DNA from: an uncultured Gammaproteobacteria bacterium
GTDB taxonomy: Bacteria > Pseudomonadota > Gammaproteobacteria > Natronospirales > JAJUFS01
Assembly (NCBI GenBank): GCA_964599565.1
Contig: CAZRFE010000007.1
Span: 1-55,859 of the forward strand
Direction of reading: 5' to 3'
Length of the DNA: 55,859 bases
The first letter of the stretch is position 1. Each line of letters opens with the position of its first letter. Below are positions 49,883 to 55,859 of the stretch, one piece after another. A program made the translations under genes and the position numbers. The notes under the pieces were generated by a model. It was not told the origin of the DNA. It did no database searches and was given only the letters and a program-made list of their open reading frames with translations.

Positions 49883-51370
49883 TCACATCGGCACCACGTC
49901 GAACTGCTCCGGCGTATACAGCGTCTCCGCCTGCAGCCGGATCGGGATGCCGATGTGTTCCTCGAGCTCGGCAAGGCTCGTCGATTCTTCATCGAGCAGC
50001 ATGTCGACGACTTCCTGCGCGGCGAGCACGAGCAGCTCCTGCACCTTGAACTGGCGCGTCTCGCGCATCACTTCGCGGAAGATGTCGTAGCACACTGTTT
50101 CCGCGGTCTTCACCGAGCCGCGCCCCGAGCAGGTCGGGCACGGCATGCACAGGATATGTTCCAGGCTTTCGCGCGTGCGCTTGCGCGTCATCTCGACAAG
50201 ACCGAGCTGCGAGACTTCCGTGAGCTGCGTCTTGGCGTGATCCTTCTCCAGCGCCTTTTCGAGTGCGGCGAACACCATCTGCCGGTGCTCGGCTTCCGTC
50301 ATGTCGATGAAGTCGATGATGATGATGCCGCCGAGATTCCGAAGGCGCAGCTGCCGCGCGATCGCCTGCGCGGCTTCAAGGTTCGTCTTGAGGATGGTTT
50401 CCTCGAGATTGCGATAACCCACGTATGCGCCGGTGTTGATGTCCACCGTCGTCATCGCCTCGGTCTGGTCGATGATGAGATACCCGCCGGACTTCAGCGG
50501 CACCTTGCGCTCGAGCGCGCGGCGGATTTCCTCCTCGACGTTGTAGAAATCGAAGATCGGCCGGTCGCCGGCGTAATGCTCGATGCGATCCTTCATGTCG
50601 GGAATGAACATTTCCGCGAAGGCGCGCATGCGCTCCCAGGTCATCTTCGAGTCGACGCGCACCTGCTCGACGCCGGAATCGAGCAGGTCGCGCAGGATGC
50701 GCACCGGCAGCGGCAGGTCTTCGTGCACGAGCTGTCCGGCCTTTGCATTGCGCGACTGGCCCTGCACGGATTCCCAGAGCTTGTTCAGAAACATCATGTC
50801 CGCGCGCAGCGCATCGCGCGGCGCGCCTTCCGCGGCGGTGCGCACGATGTAGCCGCCGCTGCTTATCTCGAGCGGCGTTTCCTGGTGCGCAAGGGAAGCC
50901 TCTACCGCTTCGCGAAGGCGCGCGCGTTCCGCATCGTCCTCGATGCGCGTCGACATCGCCACGCCCTTGCTGTCCGGCATGTACACGAGGTAACGCGAGG
51001 GAATCGAGATGTGCGTTGTCAGCCGCGCGCCCTTGCTGCCGAGCGGATCCTTCAGCACCTGCACCATCAGTTCCTTGCCTTCGTGCAGCAGCTCGCGGAT
51101 GTCCGCCGGTTTCTGCTCCTGGATTTCCTCGCTGCCATACGCGGTCTTCGCGATGTCGGATGCGTGCAGGAATGCCGTGCGCTCGAGGCCGACCTCGATG
51201 AACGCCGCCTGCATGCCGGGCAGCACGCGCGATACCTTGCCCTTGTAGATGTTGCCGACCAGCCCGCGGCGCTGTGCGCGCTCGATGAACACTTCCTGCA
51301 GCACGCCGTTCTCGACGAGCGCGACGCGCGTCTCGCGGGGAGTGACGTTGATGAGGATTTCCATGCTCAT
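49883..51370 (-). CDS. rng: Ribonuclease G
   Basis: GNIYKG.V.RVLPGMQAAF, DINTG, LRNLGGIIIIDFIDM and CPTC.GRG. Confidence 0.96.
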   Translation of the reverse strand: MSMEILINVTPRETRVALVENGVLQEVFIERAQRRGLVGNIYKGKVSRVLPGMQAAFIEVGLERTAFLHASDIAKTAYGSEEIQEQKPADIRELLHEGKELMVQVLKDPLGSKGARLTTHISIPSRYLVYMPDSKGVAMSTRIEDDAERARLREAVEASLAHQETPLEISSGGYIVRTAAEGAPRDALRADMMFLNKLWESVQGQSRNAKAGQLVHEDLPLPVRILRDLLDSGVEQVRVDSKMTWERMRAFAEMFIPDMKDRIEHYAGDRPIFDFYNVEEEIRRALERKVPLKSGGYLIIDQTEAMTTVDINTGAYVGYRNLEETILKTNLEAAQAIARQLRLRNLGGIIIIDFIDMTEAEHRQMVFAALEKALEKDHAKTQLTEVSQLGLVEMTRKRTRESLEHILCMPCPTCSGRGSVKTAETVCYDIFREVMRETRQFKVQELLVLAAQEVVDMLLDEESTSLAELEEHIGIPIRLQAETLYTPEQFDVVPM

Positions 51371-51407
51371 GATGCACCGTGGTTGCAAAAGGTTGCGCGT
51401 CGCGGGG

Positions 51408-52004
51408 TCAGATGTCGCTGATTATCCCGAATTCCCGCAGCAATGCCGCCGTCTCGTACAGCGGCAGGCCCATCACGCCCGAATAGCTGCCGGCGATGTG
51501 ATGGATGAATGCACCCGCACGGCCCTGGATGCCGTATGCGCCAGCCTTGTCCGTGGGCTCGCCGGTCTCCCAGTATGCCGCGATCATCGCATCCGAAAGG
51601 TCACCGAATCCTACGCGGCTTGTATTCACACGCACCGCTTCCTTCGCACCGCGCACCAGCGCGACGGACGTCATCACCGCGTGTTCGCGACCCGACAGCC
51701 GTCTCAGTATGCCGAATGCGTCATCGCGGTCGCGCGGCTTGCCGAGGATCGCATCGTCAAGCACCACCGCCGTATCCGCGCCGAGAAAGACATCGTCCGT
51801 TCCCGCACGCTCGCAGCAAGCGCGCGCCTTGGCAAGCGCAAGACGTTCGACGTATGCCCGCGGCGTCTCGCGCGGCAGAACGGCTTCATCGATATCCACC
51901 GGCTGCACGCTGCAATCGACACCGATCTGCGCAAGCAGCGCGCGGCGGCGCGGTGAGGCCGATGCAAGCACAAGCTGCGGCGAATGGTTGCGGGATTGAT
52001 TCAT
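51408..52004 (-). CDS. maf: Maf family nucleoside triphosphate pyrophosphatase (YhdE-type)
   Basis: LASASPRR, GADT and DKAGAYGIQG. Confidence 0.94.
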   Translation of the reverse strand: MNQSRNHSPQLVLASASPRRRALLAQIGVDCSVQPVDIDEAVLPRETPRAYVERLALAKARACCERAGTDDVFLGADTAVVLDDAILGKPRDRDDAFGILRRLSGREHAVMTSVALVRGAKEAVRVNTSRVGFGDLSDAMIAAYWETGEPTDKAGAYGIQGRAGAFIHHIAGSYSGVMGLPLYETAALLREFGIISDI

Positions 52005-52073
52005 GGCTCTGCCTGTCATGACCCATTGCCGTTGCCGGCGAAGCGCCTGTGCTGCGCGTTCACCGGTCGTGCC

Positions 52074-52544
52074 TCAGGCCCGGTGATACGGATGGTTCCG
52101 GAGAATGCTCGTCGCGCGGTAGAGCTGCTCGGCGACGACAATCCGCACCAGCGGATGCGGCAGTGTCAGCGGCGACAGCGACCAGCGCCGCTCGGCGCGT
52201 TCGAGCACCGCGTCGTCCAGCCCGTCGGGACCGCCGATGGCAAGCGCAATATCGCGTCCGTCCTGCAACCACTGCCCAAGCTCCGCCGCCAGCTGTTCCG
52301 TGCTCCACGCCTTGCCGCGCACGTCGAGCGCGATCAGCCGTTCGGTGTTCGACAGCGCGGCCAGCATGCGCTCGCCTTCCTGTTCGACGGCACGTTCCAG
52401 CGGCCGGCTTTTCGCGCGCTGTGCAAGCGGGAGTTCGATGAGTTCAAGGCGGCATTCCGGCGGCATGCGCGCGGCGTATTCGGCGTACCCCGCACTCACC
52501 CACGCCGGCATCTTCTGCCCGATGGCGAGCAGGCGAAGCTTCAT
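52074..52544 (-). CDS. rlmH: 23S rRNA m3Psi1915 methyltransferase
   Basis: IGGPDG, LTLPH, EQLYRA and HPYHR. Confidence 0.96.
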   Translation of the reverse strand: MKLRLLAIGQKMPAWVSAGYAEYAARMPPECRLELIELPLAQRAKSRPLERAVEQEGERMLAALSNTERLIALDVRGKAWSTEQLAAELGQWLQDGRDIALAIGGPDGLDDAVLERAERRWSLSPLTLPHPLVRIVVAEQLYRATSILRNHPYHRA

Positions 52545-52864
52545 TCCACCGACCAGAGCTTCTCGAGGTTGTAGAAGTCGCGCACCTCGCGCAGCATCAC
52601 GTGCACGACAACGTCATTGAGGTCGAGCAGTATCCACTCGCCGCTTTGCTCGCCTTCCACGCCGAGCGGCTTGATGCCGGCATCGCGCGCATCCTTCAGC
52701 ACGTTGTCCGCGAGTGCCTTCACATGCCGGTCGGATGTGCCCGTCGCAATCACCATGAAATCGGTGATCGCGGTCCTGCCGCGCACGTCCAGCGTCTTCA
52801 CGTCGACGCCCTTCACATCATCAAGTGCTGCGACCACCCGGTCGCGCAGTGCTTCAGCTTGCAT
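52541..52864 (-). CDS. rsfS: Ribosome silencing factor
   Basis: [26 protein letters not shown] and FYNLEKLW. Confidence 0.95.
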   Translation of the reverse strand: MQAEALRDRVVAALDDVKGVDVKTLDVRGRTAITDFMVIATGTSDRHVKALADNVLKDARDAGIKPLGVEGEQSGEWILLDLNDVVVHVMLREVRDFYNLEKLWSVE

Positions 52865-53522
52865 TGTTCCTTCCATCGTTTCGATACAGTTTCTCGCGCC
52901 GGATGATTTCCAGCACGGCGTCCGGCAGCAGGAAGCGCGGATCGCGTCCCGTCGCCAGCAGTTCGCGGATGCGCGTGGAGGAAATGTCCAGCGCGGTGAT
53001 TTCACAGAACGCGACGCGGCCGCCGGTTGTGTTGCCGTCGAACATCCGTTCGGGCAGGACTTCCACATCCGCCAGCCAGTCATTCAGCGCATCGGGCCAG
53101 ACGATGTTCTCGTTGCCGGGACGGCGCAGCACGGCGATGTGCGCCAGTTCCGATACCGCCTGCCATTCGTGCCAGCGGTGGAAACCGCGAAATGCATCCT
53201 CGCCGAGCAGCAGCACGAACACCGCGTCCGGCAGTTCCGCGCGCAGGCTCTGCAGCGTGCGCAGGGTATACGAGGGCGGCGGCAGTTCGAGCTCGCGCGC
53301 ATCGAGCGCGATGTGATCCAGGTTTGTCACGGCCGCGGCAATCATCGCCGCGCGAAGCTCGGCGTTCACGCGCGGCGCCGAGCGGTGCGGCGGCGAGGCG
53401 CACGGCACGAGGCGCACTTCATCCAGCCCGAGCAGTTCGCGCGTCTCGATCGCCGCACGCAGATGGCCATCGTGCACGGGATCGTACATGCCGCCGAGCA
53501 CGCCGATGCGCCGCATGCTCAT
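52854..53522 (-). CDS. nadD: Nicotinate-nucleotide adenylyltransferase
   Basis: GG..DPVH.GH, SYT..TL, WHEW and ISSTRIR. Confidence 0.93.
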   Translation of the reverse strand: MSMRRIGVLGGMYDPVHDGHLRAAIETRELLGLDEVRLVPCASPPHRSAPRVNAELRAAMIAAAVTNLDHIALDARELELPPPSYTLRTLQSLRAELPDAVFVLLLGEDAFRGFHRWHEWQAVSELAHIAVLRRPGNENIVWPDALNDWLADVEVLPERMFDGNTTGGRVAFCEITALDISSTRIRELLATGRDPRFLLPDAVLEIIRREKLYRNDGRNNAS

Positions 53523-54541
53523 GCGCGCTGCCGTGCCGGTTGCGAAAGCGGACTGCCGGCCATTGCCGCAACCAGGCGCTCGAGGCTCTGCCAGGCATCG
53601 CCGCGACGCATGCCCTTTACCTGCCGGTCGATGAGCGCGACTTCAAGCAGCAGCCGCTCCCACACTTTCACCGAGAACCGCTGCAATGCACGCGCAACAA
53701 CGGGCTGGCGTTTCTTCGGCCATACCGATGCGACAAGCCGCTCCACGCTCTGCCCGCCCGCCAGCTTGAACGACATCTCCGCGAGCGAACGGATTTCCTT
53801 TGCAAGCGCCCAGCTCACGAGCACCGCTTCGGTGCCTTCGGCACGCAGTGCATCGAGCATGCGAAGCGCGCGCACGGCATCACCGGCAAGCGCGACATCC
53901 GCAAGCTGGAAAATGTCGAACCGCGCGCTGTCGGCGACCGCATCGCGCACGGCATCGACATCCGCCTGCCGGCCCTGCAGGAGCAGCGCGAGCTTGTCGA
54001 TTTCCTGCGCGGCGGCCAGCAGGTTGCCTTCAACGCGATCCGCGAGCAGTTGCGCCGCGTCGCGATCCGCCGCAAGACCCGCCGCCGCCATGCGATCCTG
54101 TATCCAGCGCGGCAACTGCGCGCCTTCGATCGGCCACACTTCGACGAACACGCCCGCCTTCTCAAGCGCGGCAACCCACTTGTTCTTCTTGTCGACCTTG
54201 CCGCTGATCACGAGCAGTACGGTGTCCTCGGGCGGCCGCGCGGCGAATTCAACGAGCATCTTCGCGCCCGCATCGCCCGGCTTGCCGGTCGGCAGGCGCA
54301 GTTCGAGCACGCGCCGCTCGGCGAACAGCGACAGGCTTTCGCCGGCGGAACGCAGTGCCTGCCAGTCGAAGCCGCGTTCCGCGAAAAACACTTCGCGCGA
54401 TGCATAGCCTTCACGTCTTGCTGCGGCGCGCACCGCGTCCGCCGCTTCGCCAAGCTGCAGGGGTTCGTCACCGCAAAGGAGATACACCGGTGCGAGTGCG
54501 CCCTTCAGATGCCCCGCAAGCCGGTCGGCGTAGAGCTTCAC
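53519..54541 (-). CDS. holA: DNA polymerase III delta subunit
   Basis: YLLCGDEPL, SLFAERR and EGNLLAAAQEIDKL. GTG overlaps the lptE stop. Confidence 0.95.
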   Translation of the reverse strand: MKLYADRLAGHLKGALAPVYLLCGDEPLQLGEAADAVRAAARREGYASREVFFAERGFDWQALRSAGESLSLFAERRVLELRLPTGKPGDAGAKMLVEFAARPPEDTVLLVISGKVDKKNKWVAALEKAGVFVEVWPIEGAQLPRWIQDRMAAAGLAADRDAAQLLADRVEGNLLAAAQEIDKLALLLQGRQADVDAVRDAVADSARFDIFQLADVALAGDAVRALRMLDALRAEGTEAVLVSWALAKEIRSLAEMSFKLAGGQSVERLVASVWPKKRQPVVARALQRFSVKVWERLLLEVALIDRQVKGMRRGDAWQSLERLVAAMAGSPLSQPARQRA

Positions 54542-55110
54542 TCCATGTTCTCCGGAAGAGTCGCGGGTTCGCTTTCCGGAGTGTCGTTCCCGTTGCTGCC
54601 CGGGTCGACGACAGGGGCAGGCAACGCTTCCGCTGCCGCGATGCGACCGAGCATGTCCCACACCGCATCCTCGCGCAGGCTCGCGACCGCACGCGCGATG
54701 TCACCGGAGTTGCCGAGCGGATCGACGGGATTGAGCTCGATGTTGCTGCGGCGGGATACCTGCGCCGGCAAGATGAGATCGATGCCTTCCGGTGTCGTCA
54801 CGCGATAGTTCAGCGTAACGGTCAGCTCGTATTCGCGCGGCCGCCCGTCGGAGTCCTTCGACAGCAGGCGACGCGACGTCGCGGCGGACGGTATGTGCAG
54901 GATTGCGCTTGCATCCACAGCGCTGCGCTTTACGCGGATGCCGTTCAGGTTCAGTGCGCGAACCACGGTGCGCAGCATCGCGCCATCGCCGCCCGCGTAA
55001 CTCACGTACGTGTCGGCCATCTCCGCGGGCAATTCGAAATTGCCGCGCAACTGGAAACCGCATGCGGCGAGCATGATGCAGAACGCCGCGATGACAGGCG
55101 CGCGGTTCAT
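54538..55110 (-). CDS. lptE: LPS assembly lipoprotein LptE
   Basis: Lipobox LAACGFQLRG, located between leuS and holA. Confidence 0.92.
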   Translation of the reverse strand: MNRAPVIAAFCIMLAACGFQLRGNFELPAEMADTYVSYAGGDGAMLRTVVRALNLNGIRVKRSAVDASAILHIPSAATSRRLLSKDSDGRPREYELTVTLNYRVTTPEGIDLILPAQVSRRSNIELNPVDPLGNSGDIARAVASLREDAVWDMLGRIAAAEALPAPVVDPGSNGNDTPESEPATLPENME

Positions 55111-55859
55111 CCCACCACCACGTTGACGAGCTTGCCGGGCACAACAATCACCTTGCGTACCGTCATGCCGTCGACGAAGCGCTGCACGTTCGCATCCGCC
55201 ATCGCGGCGGTTTCGATCTGCGCGCGATCCGCATCGGCAGGAACCGAGACGCGCCCGCGCAGCTTGCCGTTCACCTGCACGACGAGTTCGAGCGTGTCGC
55301 TGACAAGCGCCGCCGGGTCATGTTCCGGCCACGGTGCATCGACGATGTCGCCGTCATAACCCATCTCCTCCCACAGCGCGTGCGCGATGTGCGGCGTGAT
55401 CGGCGCAAGCAGGCGAAGCAGGATGCCGAAACCTTCGGTAACGAGCGCGCCGTGCGCGCGTGCATCGGCGGTCTCGTTCTTCGACAGCGCGTTCATGATC
55501 TTCATCGTCGCGGACACGACGGTGTTGAACTGCTTGCGCTCGTAGTCCGCGTTTGCCTGGCGCAGCGAATCATGAACTTCACGGCGCGCATCGCGCACGG
55601 CCGTCTCCGCGGTGCTCCAGTCGAACGGTTCGCCGTGCGCAACTGCGGCATGGTTGTCCATGCCGAACTGCCACACCTTCTTCAGGAATCGCCACGCGCC
55701 CTCGATGCCGGTGTCCGACCATTCCAGCGTCTGTTCGGGCGGTGCTGCGAACATCATGAAAAGCCGTGTCGCATCCGCACCGTACTGGTCCACCATGCTC
55801 TGCGGATCGACGCCGTTGAGTTTCGACTTCGACATGGTGCCGATGCCGCCGTACTCCAC
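55107..55859 (-). CDS. leuS: Leucine-tRNA ligase, C-terminal part (5'-truncated by the window edge)
   Basis: xMSKS..NGVDP, YGADATRLF, PITPH and VVQVNGKLRG. Confidence 0.96.
   Translation of the reverse strand: MEYGGIGTMSKSKLNGVDPQSMVDQYGADATRLFMMFAAPPEQTLEWSDTGIEGAWRFLKKVWQFGMDNHAAVAHGEPFDWSTAETAVRDARREVHDSLRQANADYERKQFNTVVSATMKIMNALSKNETADARAHGALVTEGFGILLRLLAPITPHIAHALWEEMGYDGDIVDAPWPEHDPAALVSDTLELVVQVNGKLRGRVSVPADADRAQIETAAMADANVQRFVDGMTVRKVIVVPGKLVNVVVG

Overview
GC-rich gammaproteobacterial chromosomal segment made up mostly of housekeeping genes. These include phhAB, UPF0149-pepP-ubiH-ubiI, zapA-6S RNA-fau, rpiA, tRNA-Gln(CTG), rplM-rpsI, coq7, speD, crp, rpe-gph-trpG, djlA, purC, srkA, pmbA, yjgA-purEK and the run leuS-lptE-holA-nadD-rsfS-rlmH-maf-rng-yhdP-nit-tldD. 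The poorly understood parts are: (1) at the left edge, a co-directional cluster of a haemagglutinin-like exoprotein with an acidic tail, a FecR-domain protein, a REP-like repeat mosaic, SapC, a sulfotransferase-fold protein and a GT-B glycosyltransferase, which is the best candidate for an undescribed surface-protein modification system; (2) a GNAT/papain-like peptidase fusion next to an RLAN/ATP-grasp ligase, a predicted peptide-tagging system; (3) a small CxxC, Pro-rich DUF2946-like ORF, called by the ORF track only as the tail of a longer ORF, upstream of a His/Met-rich outer-membrane barrel, a candidate metal-responsive arrest leader; (4) trpE, trpD and trpC absent from around a retained trpG; (5) a possible decayed tyrosine-integrase remnant at the tRNA-Gln 3' end; (6) several apparently leaderless genes. 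All family calls come from recognising motifs and gene context; no database searches were run.
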